Source of the DNA: Octopus sinensis | Lineage: Eukaryota | Reading direction: 5' to 3' | Assembly (NCBI RefSeq): GCF_006345805.1 | Contig: NC_043005.1 | Location: 90,210,001-90,274,000 of the forward strand | DNA: 64,000 bases | Part shown: positions 51,957 through 64,000 of the stretch, piece after piece | How positions within the stretch are numbered: position 1 is the stretch's first letter | Layout: every line of letters begins with the position of its first letter | Program-made: the position numbers and the translations under genes | The notes under the pieces: model-generated | Database searches by the model: none | What the model was told of the DNA's origin: nothing | What the model saw: the letters and a program-made list of their open reading frames with translations, nothing else

Positions 51957-54662
51957 GTAAATGTAAAAAAATACAAACTGGGACAAGAGCGTGAAACATT
52001 TAGAAGACGATATATATTAGATCAATTGATGTCCACAGTTTTTAGCAAGCACATCAGATCCCTTCTGAACTAAGCCACCTGAAACCGGTTCTGATTCTGT
52101 GATACAAGATTCCTGTTTTTAAGTGATTCAAGTTAAATTGTCCCATGAAAATTTCCTGTTAATTTATGTCCCAAGCACCAGCTTAATAATGACAAACCTT
52201 TTTTTATTTTACATTCTTCAGTATTTTCAAAATTGATTGAAACAAAGGTGGTCTATTTCAACAGAAACATGGTAATAAATGGAGGTTTTCCCCACCTTTA
52301 TTTAAAAAAATCAACTGAAATAAACGTAGAACTTTTCACTAGATATATGATAACAAAAATGTTACTAAATTCTTCAGTTAGCCTTATTATTGCCACATTT
52401 AAAAGATAATGCTAGTCCCAATAGCACACACACAAAGAGACAAGTTTTAACCACTTACACAGACATACATAGAAGCCGACAACATACCCCTACCACCTTC
52501 TGATTCCTCGGAAATTTCGTCGGAAGACGAAACCAGTAAGGAATAGCAAGTAGCCAGAAAAAGAAGGGGGAAAAAGAGCAGAAAAACAACCAAACCAAAT
52601 GCAAACACAAATAAAGCAGGGAGATATACATCTCCCGAAAACATTTCGAAACCCACCACAAACAACAGCCACACCAACACCACAAAACATGCTCACAGCT
52701 ATAGACATCAAAAACACAAATTTGATGGAATAAAAAATGAAACTCAGTCTTATTCTTCCATTCATTGACAAGACCAAAATGATTTTTTAATTTTATATTT
52801 ATAGCTGTGCATACACAACTACAAATACTAATAACTAAATTGGTATCGTAAATATTCAAGTGACTGATATAGAAAATATTTGACATTTCTATCAATGACT
52901 TTTGCTAATTCTATCTCGCCGTATTTTATTTAACCACAGACGTATTAGAGTCGAATTGTAATTAATCACCAGTTGAATTATAAATAAGCTGTAAGCTTAT
53001 CACTGTCTCAGTTCTACATCGAGCAGATTTATTGGCAAAAATCGTTCTTAGGCATAACCGTCCTGTTTTGTTTTTATCTAAACGTAAGTGTACCTAGTGA
53101 GATATTGTCCACTGTATCGTTCTTTAAGATGGTAGGATGTGATGGAAGGAGATTTGCTGTTTGTTGGCTCAGTAAAAGAAACAGGGCTTTTTATGACCTT
53201 TTTTTTCTATGCTAGTTTGGCTTTGACGAAGATATTACTTAAGGCATTGTTTTTACAGCGGGATGCCCTTCATGTCGCTAACCATCACTCACCCTCTTAT
53301 TCCACATGTCTTCGAAGGCGCAAAGCTAACGGACGGTTCGTTGACAAGGGAAACGTTAACAATGTCTTGCTTCTAGTTGGACTATTTTTGGAGAAACGCA
53401 AATGTAACAAACATGCACTCATATACATACATACATTACACACACACACACAACGCGCTTTCGGTTTCCGTCTACCAAATTCACCCACAAGGTTTTATCA
53501 GCTGTAAGCTAATAATCTCTCTGTGGACAGAAAACATGAAAACCTCCAGTTTCACTCTCGGTTGACAAGACGAAATTATACGTTGTTTGTTAAGAAAATA
53601 TTTGCGCACAGGTTTTGGTTTGAGATGCAAAAGAATGAGTATTCAAAACTTTTCCAAACAGAAAAAAAAGGTGTGCGGGGTGAGGAGTACCTCTCATTTC
53701 CCCGAAAATTTTCAGTTTTCTCTATTTATTGATGATTTTATTCAGATTTATGTTTTAAACATCTAGGATTTATGATTTTTCAAAATATGCGTAATACAAA
53801 TCCGAAAAAGTTTCGAAAATAAGTCAAAATTGAAAATGTTCGCTAAGAGGGGGGATCAAAATTCATCCACTTCTCCTTTCTCCCCAATTTCGTAATCTAC
53901 GATACTTAAAACACAGATCCGAAAAAATTATAGTTTTTTGATGCACTAGATAATTTCCGACTCTATTCTCCAAGATTACCTTTATAAATATTTGCTTTAA
54001 GACAATATCTATTTAATGAGTTCATAACATTGTTGACTTCAATAAGAACTAACAATTTCCTACGCACACATTCACTCTCTTTCCCGCTCTCTAAATTGAT
54101 ATTTAGATCATTTTTATAACTTCTTAACAGTTTGACAGCCAGCTCCTGAATCTTATCTCCTCGCAGCACCCAGTAGCCGACCATCCGGTTTTCATTCAAC
54201 ATCCAAACACACCCACATTTTTAGGTCATAGAAATAAATACCTGACCTGTCAGAACAGCCCACAATGCTAGTTGTTATTTTCTTCATTGTTTGTCTAATT
54301 CAACTAAAAAAACAAGTCTGTATACATTCATGATATTGTATAGCCTCGTGTACATCGTCTTTTAAGATCTCTCCTCACCGGCCACTCACTAAATTACCGA
54401 TTGTTGTCGTTGTTCTCATCGTTTAACCTTGATCTAGCTGGTCTGTGATTAAAAACATAACATATGTGATCATTCTTTTGTTTTTCCAGGCAGTGTATCT
54501 AGGATTACATTATATAATGTGTCCTTTTCCCAACTTCTTTTTTTAAATCGTAGGGTGTTATTTCTAGCAGATCGTGTAGCTACGTCGAGACCCCCCCCAC
54601 TCTCGTTTTACCTAAATGTGTACACATAGATATAGAGAGGTGTGTATGTATGTGCCTGTTGA

Positions 54663-54693
<31 letters not shown>

Positions 54694-55567
54694 CGTTTGT
54701 ATTAGAGACTTGTGCACCACTGAACATTGGTAATGTTTGTTATAAGGAGAAATTTGAACTTTGATTTATTATTTAAAATATAAAATTAAAAAAAGAATAA
54801 GTCACATGTTTAAATGACAATATGCTAAGTTTATAAATGGAGCAGAAATTGTGACATATATTTATTTATTTATTAAAATTTCACTGAAGACTGGGTCATT
54901 TGTTTAATAAATTTCTGTCGCATTTTTGACAATGACATCTGGTCTATTTTCGCGCTTTAGGCTTTTATGTAGAAAAGGTTAAGTTTTCATACAATAGAAG
55001 TAGCAACATATAGACGTAGGCGTGACTGTGGTTCAGAAGCTTGTTTCCCAACCATGCAGTCTCGAGTTCAATCCCACTGTGTGGCACCTTGGGCAAGTGT
55101 TTTCAACTATAGTCTCAGGCCGACCAAAGCCTTGTGAAAGAATTTGGTAAACAGAAACCGAAGGAAGCCTGTCGTGTGTGTGTGTGTGTGTGTGTGCGTC
55201 TTTGTGTTTGCTCCCATCACTACTTGATAACCGATGTTGGTTTGGTTACGTCTCCGTAACTTAGCGGTTCGGTAAAATAATCCGACGTGATAAAATAACT
55301 TTGTTCCAATGTTCTTGGCTGACACGATGCTACTGTATCGCAGCTCAATTTCTTGGTCAGGCCCGTCGCCAGGCTTTGGTGCCTGGGGGGCGCTTCTAAA
55401 TATTTTGGGTGGGTACTAACTTGTAATAATGCCAAAGTGGAATAAATCTGAGGGTGCACCATTGAATAGTAAGGGAGCAGTGTCATCCAGTGAGCCCCTT
55501 AGTGGTGGGCATGCCCCTGGATGATTGTTGATAGAGGATTTATTCTAATATTATTAAAAAAGTACTA

Positions 55568-55639
55568 AGGTCTCACTGAGATTTGAACTCAGATTACTGG
55601 GTTCAAAATCTAGAGTGCTAACCATTCCACCATGGCATC
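55568..55639 (-). pseudogene. tRNA-Gln(TTG) pseudogene
   Basis: 72 nt GATGCCATGGTGGAATGGTTAGCACTCTAGATTTTGAACCCAGTAATCTGAGTTCAAATCTCAGTGAGACCT; colinear with eukaryotic tRNA-Gln, but the acceptor and anticodon stems have several mismatches. Confidence 0.8.
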
Positions 55640-56626
55640 TGCATGATTATATCATTTTTCATTAAAATTTTTTTATATAAATATCACTTAACTTTTGAAT
55701 AGGTTTTCATTTCTGCCCCTTTCAGTATAAATATCTGGGCCTTTGGTTTCCATTTGTGTTACATTCCTGGCAGTAATGTCAGGTAATTCTTCTCAAGCAC
55801 CATTTGACTGTATAATAGTTAAGGTCAAGTCAATAAGAGAGCCCCTATATGATCACTTGACCTACAAGAAATAGCAGCCTCCCTGCCAAAATAAAACAGC
55901 TAAAAATTCTTTATATCATACTCTACTGCTATGGTTTCCCCCCCTATCCCCAACTTTTCTCTGTTTAGGACCATTTTTATTTAAAAATGAATTTTCCCAT
56001 GGTAACACAGGTGTCTGAAAAGCCTGCCTCCTCAACAAATTTTTAACTGACACCCCACCAGCCTTGGATATGAATTGCTGTCCTGCTGTCTTAAAAGAAA
56101 AACAAGAGGTTCCAGATTGGAACACCATTGACCATAAGTCTGCAGTCTGCTTGTTTGGGGCCGAGCTGAAGTTAAACAACAGTTGGGATCAACAGTTGGG
56201 ATCTTATAGAGAAAAAAGCAAAGCATTTTGGTTTCTGTAAATGTTAAGAGACAGCTGTCATTGTTGCTTAGGCACATGTCAGCCATGATTGAGCAGAGCT
56301 AAGGCATTCCAGTTGTGAGCACCTCATCTTTTTCTCCCTTCCTCCATGCACACATGATGCTACTGCTGACGATGATGATGATGATGATAATCTCCCTCCA
56401 TCTATGTTCTAATTACTTCAGCAAGGCTGAACACATTTGATAAACTTCTTATATCATTGACCCCTTCAGGGTCGTTGACAACTTATCACACCCTCCCTCA
56501 CGCCTTCCTATCATGTAAATTTCTTAAAAGGATAATTAATAAAAACTTTCTTAATTTAAAAACAATTATTCCTTCATTCTTTTTTGTCGTTACTGCTTTT
56601 TGATAAGAAATATTTAAAAATGATAG

Positions 56627-57020
56627 GTGTAGGAGTGGCTGTGTGGTAAGTAGCTTGCTTACAAACCACATGGTTCCAGGTTCAGTCCCAGTGCATGGCA
56701 TTTTGGGCAAGCGTCTTCTACTATAGCCTCGGGCTGACCAAAGCCTTGTGAGTGGATTTGGTAGATGGAAACTGAAAGAATCCCGTCGTATATATGTATG
56801 TGTGTGTATACATTTGTGTGTCTGTGTTTGTACCCCCAACATTGCTTGACAACCGATGTCGGTGTGTTTACATCCCTGTAATTTAGTGGTTTGGCAAAAG
56901 ACACCGATAGAATAAGTACTAGGCTTACAAAGAATAAGTCCTGGGTTCGATTTGCTTGACTAAAGGTGGTGCTCCAGCATGGCCACAGTCAAATGACTGA
57001 AACAAGTAAAAGAGAGAGCA
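56627..57020 (+). mobile_element. SINE family A
   Basis: Full match to the other copies. Confidence 0.88.
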
Positions 57021-58647
57021 ACGAAAGTATAAAAGCTTAACGAAATTAACAAACAACAATAAAAATTGTCATCTATATTGATAATAATTAAGCACCCTTA
57101 ATGCTGGAAATTGTTTCAGGTGTTTATTGACCCCTTGGATAGCTGCAAGCTTCTTACCACACAGCCATGCCTATGCCTATATATTTTTTAAAGAAAAGTC
57201 TAGGGAAAAGGGTGGCAATGACATTGACCTTCTGGCCTTTGAAGAATGTCTCACACTGTTGTGAGTGATGAGTGATGGCCAGCCTGAACATTCGAAGGTC
57301 AATGATACAAGAATAACTTAGATAGAGAGGGGAAACTGGAGCCTTGGCTAAAAGAACCCCACTTAAAGCATCCAAGGACATAAATTGAAGATATTGATAA
57401 AAACATTTCACATAATGCTGGCCAGTTACAGCATATACAAATATACATTCATACATGCATACATATCAACATACACTCACGTGCATACAAATAGGCACGT
57501 GGAGGCACATGGCCTTATGGTTAGAGCAGCGGACTCGTGGTCGACAGATTGCGGGTTCTAATCTCAGACTGGGCAATGTGTGTGTTTATGAGCGAAACAC
57601 CTAATCTCCACGTGGCTCTGGCAGAAGGTAATGGCGAACCTCTGCTGACTCTTTTGCCACACCTTTCTCTCACTCTTTCCTCCTGCATCTTGCAGCTCAC
57701 CTGCGACGGACCGGCGTCCTGTCCAGGTGGGGAACCTATATGCCCAGGAAACTGGGAAACCGGCCCTTATGAGCCAGGCATGGCTTGAGAAGGAATAAAT
57801 GATACAAATAGGCATACATACATAAACACACATACAAATATGTAAAGCATACTAACATGCCTGGAGTAAAGTATGGGCGAACTTTCGTTCCTGGGGAGAG
57901 AATACAACACGTTGGTTAATTTATACATTACAAATGACCATGATGCTTGGGACAATAAAAATCTGTTAAGACCTTCTTTGGATTTGAGAGATGATGAACA
58001 AAATGAGATGCTTTCTTTTACAATCAAGCAGGTGGCCAGTCAAAGTTAACTTTAAATTATAAAGAGAAAAACAAAACATACATACAGATATGCATACATG
58101 ACTTGAGAGAGAGTGTGTGTGTGTGTGTGTAAACTAGACACATTTTTCTATGCCTTTATATACCTTTGTTTACCTGTTTATGTACTACTTCACACACCTG
58201 TCTATTTTCATACCAGGTGTGAATATTCACACTATCTTATAAATATAACATTGTGGTTCCCATTTTCTGACTTCCTAGCCCCACACAATCTTCTGTTCAA
58301 AGAAGAGGCTTCACTCTGTCTCCATTTTTTGTTCTTCACTAACTGTGGGAAAGAATGGAAATGGGGAAAATCAGAATAGCAACATTAAAGCCTTTTCTGC
58401 CATCAAATGAATGAATGAATTTTCCTTGTATTGAGTGCTTATTTCTCTTCTTTGTAAATCCAGATGTGTGTATGAATCATTATTATTATCGTCATTTAAC
58501 ATCCGTGTGCCATGCTACCATATATAGAATTGAGTCAGGGCTCTATAATCCTTTAAGAGATGCCAGCATCCTAGTTCCCTAGTTTATATCAGTGTTCAGT
58601 GAAAACTAAATATACTAGTTTTGTATTGATAGATATATATGTGTATA

Positions 58648-58687
<40 letters not shown>

Positions 58688-59138
58688 TATTTAAAATATT
58701 TATGAATGAGAAAAAGAAGAAAATTGAGAAATTTACATACAGACATCAGTTTATTCAAAGATATTGAAATCCATATACTAAGATTCCAATTCTACAGTAA
58801 TTTCCATATCTATTTATTTAGTTCAATAACAGAAATTAGATTAAATTGATTTAATTTAATTTCTGTATTTGAACAAGTTGGATATAGAAACAGCTGTAGG
58901 ACAGGATTTTCATTATATGGATTTGAATATATTTGAATAAACTGACGTATTTCAATTTCACTATTTTCTTCCTTTTCTCATTCATAAATAATTTAAATAT
59001 GTGTGTGTGCACATATAATATATACATATATATATATAAGTATATATAATATATATATATGAGTTGCCATGATAGATCGTTAGCCACTACACACATTTTT
59101 TTCTCTCCTTGTTTCTCTCCTTGTTTTTTTCTGTGTCC

Positions 59139-59174
59139 CTTTCTGTAGAAGAGCGTAGGTTCGAAACGTAAAAG
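59139..59174 (+). ncRNA. Hammerhead-like motif with variant core CUGUAGA
   Basis: CTTT CTGTAGA a GAGC-GTAG-GTTC GAAA CGT A AAAG; all elements canonical except A6->U. Confidence 0.6.
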
Positions 59175-59435
59175 ACTTTTTCTATTCCTGAGTGTTATAC
59201 TAATACATCTGTTTGTTTTGTACACCACCTCTCTTCGTCTTTTGTTTTTTTCATGAACTCTCTCCATATATATATATGTACATACATACACTCATATGTA
59301 AATTTTATATACACATACATATACGTACATTCATATACATACAGGCATATATATGTGTGTACACATTATATATAGAGTTAAGTGATCTGGCCAATCCTCT
59401 TTCGTTTCTTTATTGCCTTTAACTGACTCTGTTAG

Positions 59436-59495
<60 letters not shown>

Positions 59496-59731
59496 ATATA
59501 TATATATGGATCAAAATTCATTGGTATACTGAGTTCCAAGTGTGATGCTAATCTTTAGCCATTTAGAATTTCAGATTCAAAATTACTGAAGATTAGCACC
59601 ATGCTTGAAACCCAGTGGACCAATGAATTGGAATCAAACTGTTTTGATCCATACAAATAACTCCCAATAAATGTGTTCAGTGCCCACCTTTTGCTTCTCC
59701 ACTCACTCATATATATATATATATATATATA

Positions 59732-59882
59732 CTTTATTTAAAGCAGCAGAAAATTCAACAAAATCTGTTACTCTGAGTTTCTCGTTGCCGTTCATCAGAC
59801 AGTTTTTGCTAGAATTTGATGAACGGCAACGAGAAACTCAGAGTAACAGATTTTGTTGAATTTTCTGCTGCTTTAAATAAAG
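59732..59882. repeat. Perfect 66-bp inverted repeat (19-nt loop) built from a hammerhead-like sequence
   Basis: 59732-59797 is the exact reverse complement of 59817-59882. Confidence 0.95.
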
Positions 59883-59961
59883 CATATTACTCTACCACTG
59901 GTATTTGAGTACTCTTTTTTCCACCTTGTTTCACATTTATGTGTTTACTCCAGTGTATATA

Positions 59962-59993
<32 letters not shown>

Positions 59994-59998
59994 TATAA

Positions 59999-60119
59999 AG
60001 AGGGCACTATTACACATAGATGCCACACACTAGGAGGGACTTTTAAAGTCAAAACTACTAAAGTTTTGACTTTAAGAGTCCCTCCTAGCGTGCGGCATCT
60101 ATGTGTAATAGTGCCCTCT
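59999..60119. repeat. 58-bp inverted repeat (5-nt loop, 3 mismatches) in (TA)n
   Basis: AGAGGGCACTATTACACATAGATGCC..GTCAAAACT / AGTTTTGAC..GGCATCTATGTGTAATAGTGCCCTCT. Confidence 0.92.
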
Positions 60120-62606
60120 ATATAATATAAATAAATATTTTCAAGTTGAAAAATTTACAGATTTTTTCTCTTACGAGGTTTTTTCACGCTAACTACTTGA
60201 TAATTTTTTATGAAGATTTTATCCTATTTTTAAATATATATATATAAAATACAAAATGGGACAAGAATGCAAAACATCCGGACAGTTAGCTGATACAAAA
60301 ATGGGACAACAAAACACATTAGAAATAATTTAAAATATTTAATGTAAAAGCTTAATTTAATGTAAAAACTCTGCCAGATCAAGACTGAAGCCTGGTGCAG
60401 CCATCTGGTTTGCCAGCCCTCAGTCATTCATCCAACCCATGCTAGCATGGAAAGCGGACATGAAACGATGATGATGATGTACTGTTATTTGATACACAGC
60501 ATATATGTTATAGAATGACGTCCAGGTTTACCTGTCTCTAATGTTCAACTCACTCTGCATACATTAAGCAAACTGAAAACAAATATACACACAACTAACG
60601 ACTGATTTTGGTGATTTTTAATCTGTTTTAGCAGGAACAATTCATTATTTTGGAAGGCATTATTTTTTGTTATTTTTTGTGTGCACAGGTATTTCCTCTT
60701 CACCAATATTTGCACGAGTCGAAAGATCTGTTGGAACCAATTCTATTTTAGTCCATCGATAATGCATTGCCTGTGTCAATGTTTACCATTTCTGTTTCAT
60801 GTTGATGTCATTTATTTAAGAGGTGACACTCCTTTCAAGGAAGGTGTGTGCATGTGTTTACCTGGAAGAGGTTGGCAGAAACAAGGAGGAAAAGAAATAT
60901 TTATAAAATAGGAAGGTTTAAAACTAGGATTGGAAGGACAAGGTGATAGAATATTGATTGGGTTTGGTTTATATTTTATTTAATTTTTTTGCTAGTACTT
61001 AGTCAGAAGGGGAGGGGCAGTGCCCATGAATATTCTTTATGGCATTTCTAAGACAGGTAACAGAAAAGGAAGCAGAAACCGTGACCAATGAGCTTTACAG
61101 TAGGAAATAGTTCATCATGCTGTTGGGTAATACTCAGAGATGGTGAAGGCACATGGCTCAGTGGTTAGGATATTCGAGTCATGATTGTAAGGTTGTGAGT
61201 TCAATTCCCAGTGGCACATCATGACCTTGAGCAAGATGCTTTATTTCACATTGCTCCAGTTCACTCAGGTGGAAAAAGTGAGTTATAATTGTAATTCAAT
61301 AACCAGTATTATCATATTCTGTGTCACACTGAATCTCTCTGAGAACCATGTTGAAGGTATGTGTGTCTGTAGAGTGCTCAGCCATTCACATGTTTATTTC
61401 ATAAGCTAACTGTTCCGTTGATCTGATCAAATGGAACCCTTGTTGTCATAACTGATGGGGTGTCTGCTCTCTTCAGAGACTGAAGACTTGGTCAGAACAA
61501 TTGCAATGGAGTGGATCCTGTTAAAGACACCAAAATACCAGGTGTTGAAACTGTTTTTTTTTCCCATTAATCTTTGAAAATAATGAAGAATTTAATAAAA
61601 TAACCTTACCATTATTAAGCTGGTGTTTTGGAGCATAAATTAAGACAAAATTTTGATGGCACACTTAAATCACTTTACAATAGTAAGTATATAAGTTAGT
61701 ACCAATAGGGGTCTAAGTTGGGTTGATAATGAAAGGGCTAAGGGTGTGAAGTGGAAGACTCATCAGCCAAGTAGACTGAGGGGAGCAGAGTTAAGTGCTT
61801 CGACCAATCCTCTTTCTTTATTGCCTTTAACTGACTCTGTTAGATTGGAATGAAATTTACTTATGTCAAGCTAACAAGGATGTCCTTTCTGTTTGCATAG
61901 CCTGCTATAAATCGAAGTCAAATACTCCTCATAACACCCTCTATTGTCTTCAAAATAGGAAGGACATATTGAATGACATAGCTCCAAACAGAATTTCCGA
62001 CTCCCCTCCCCCCCCCCAAATGAACAAAAACGGGATGGGCGTGATTGGATTGTCACTGATTAATTGTCTACTCAAACCTAGGGTCAAACCCTAACAAACA
62101 GCCATCTACTCCTGTCTAATTTACTTTCCCCCACTGCAATGTGTGGGAGGGAAACATAACAAACTCCAAATCTAAAAATCATTGTCGTGTTTGTTTTCTT
62201 TCAATTAGGTTCTCAAAGTTGAAGCTTTGGATAATTGTTTGCATCCCCCCACCCTCCCGCCCCACATATCCATCTATCCACCTATGTATGTTGTTGATGT
62301 TGATGCTGTTTGTAGCAAACTACAGCCATCAATAAGTTGGGTTGTAATTGAAAGAAACTTTTTGTTTTGGTGCCAAATCGCTAGAGTGGGGATTACAAAA
62401 GCAAAATACAGGGAAAAAAAACCCATCACTCCTACACAAAAAAATAAAAAATAAAATATAAACACCCACACACACAGACTCACAAATACATGCACATACA
62501 CACATATGTACACACACACGCACACACATTACTTAGCTACTTTTGAACACATCAGTCTCAACTAATTATCTATCTGTGTGTATGTGTATGTGTGTGCATG
62601 TGCACA

Positions 62607-62660
<54 letters not shown>

Positions 62661-63029
62661 CCATAATATTTTCACCAGTTGTAATTGAGTTTGGCCAAAT
62701 TATATCTGTATATGTATGTGTGCGTACTTCGGAATATCCACACTTACATACACACACACACACCAATAATTAATTGATTCTGATGATGAGTTTGGGAGTG
62801 GAAATTTCTATGGTTTCTCATATATGTGGAATCTCAATGACAGCCTCCCCCATGTCCGCCCACCCGACCCCACCCCATACACCTTCTGGTATCCTGTAAT
62901 GTTAAATGATATCTCGTTGGGCGGATCAGAGCCTTCTAACGAGAAAAAAAATGTCTGGTCAATATAACTTAATGAGATTTTTTGTAAGGGAAGAGGCTCT
63001 TGTTGTTTAGGTCTACTAAAAAGGGTATC

Positions 63030-63450
63030 AAATTTTAGTACAAGGCCAGCAGTTTTAGGGGTGGGAAGAAGTCAATTACATTACCCCCCCCCCCCCCAGT
63101 GTGTAACTGGTACTTATTTTATCAACCCCGAAAGGCCGAAAGGCAAAGCTGACCTTGATGAAATCTGAACTCAGAACATGAAGACAGATGGAATGCCACT
63201 AAGTGTTTTCTCTGGTGTGCTAACCAATTCTGTCAACTTGCTGTCTTCAGGTCTACAAGCAATGGTTTCACATTTTGGGCACAAGGCTGCAATTTCAGCG
63301 GAAGGGGTTAGCCAATTACATTGACTCCTGTGGACAACTGGTATTTTATTGACCCCCAAAATTCAACCTGAATGGCATTTGAAATCAGAATGCAAGGATG
63401 GACAAAATGCCGCTATGCATTTTGTCTTGCATGCCAATAATTCTGCCAGC
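63030..63450 (-). mobile_element. Two decayed SINE family B copies
   Basis: AACTGGTACTTATTTTATCAACCCC core occurs twice, CpG-depleted. Confidence 0.7.
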
Positions 63451-64000
63451 CTGCCACCTTACTTCAGGTCTACAGATAATAAAATGATAAATTCATTCAT
63501 TTTACACCTGTTTTTCCTTGCTAGCATGGGTTAGGTGAATATATTACTGAGTCACTATTTTACAGCTGGATGCTCTTCCTGTTGCTAACCCTTACTCATT
63601 TTCAAGTATGGGATATCTTCTTTCTCAGGTTTCAAACTGAGCAGGTAATCTAGTCAGACAAAATGCCAACAGAATGGTGAAATTTCTGTCTCACTATTGG
63701 CTAAAAATACCCAGTTTTTTCAATTTTTAAACCTCTGTAACTTTTTCCTCCGAGTTTTTTTCTCCACAACATCATACCTTCATAGCAATGAGACTTATTA
63801 TAGCCAATTTTCAGATTTTTACTGTCTTCTGCAAAAAGCATATTTTGCGAATGAAAAAAATCAGATCCTGGCTTTGTGCCAAAATTTGAAACTAATATTA
63901 CTTTGGTAAGAAACATGTGAAGGTTAGCAACAGGAATGGTGTCCGTCTGACCCATGCAAGCATGGAAAAGGGGGCATTAGATTATGATGATGAGTAAGAT

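Noticed and set aside
55453-55500. GAP..GAV peptide as possible integrin exon 2
   Set aside because: Lacks the hydrophobic residues before GAP and the YxC motif, and has no suitable acceptor.
57860-58050. Open, non-repetitive stretch as possible exon
   Set aside because: No recognisable motif or splice signals in any frame.
61468-61540. TCTCTTCAG acceptor-like site
   Set aside because: The frame required by the phase-2 donor hits a stop within three codons; no integrin motif.

Overview
AT-rich, microsatellite-laden animal genomic DNA. The repeat families (tRNA-headed SINEs, RTE and CR1 LINEs, Penelope-type termini, Tc1/mariner relics) suggest an octopod cephalopod; this is inference, not a database match. 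Only one host coding exon is recognisable: the first coding exon of an integrin alpha subunit (+, 46339/46396-46547; signal peptide, FNID, YFGYSV, GTAAGT donor). No further exon was identified before the window end. The rest is mobile DNA: a 5'-truncated CR1-type LINE, a nearly intact 5'-truncated RTE LINE with a PHD finger inside the RT, an FMDD-type RT relic, DD37D and DD34D mariner and Tc1 relics, MITEs, Helitron-type elements, many SINEs and a tRNA-Gln pseudogene. The most notable observations are: (i) several unrelated families of minimal hammerhead ribozymes, one fused to a tRNA-derived Pol III head in a head-to-head pair, one family with a shared CUGUNGA core variant, and one folded into a perfect 66-bp palindrome; (ii) a SINE/CR1 3' tail stem-loop with compensatory base changes; (iii) a 2.1-kb composite Helitron dimer with a CTAG|TC head-to-tail junction carrying a mariner fragment; (iv) a foldback Tc1 built from two 3' ends. 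Most ORFs in the supplied track are microsatellite translation artefacts. All coordinates were read by eye and repeat boundaries are approximate.
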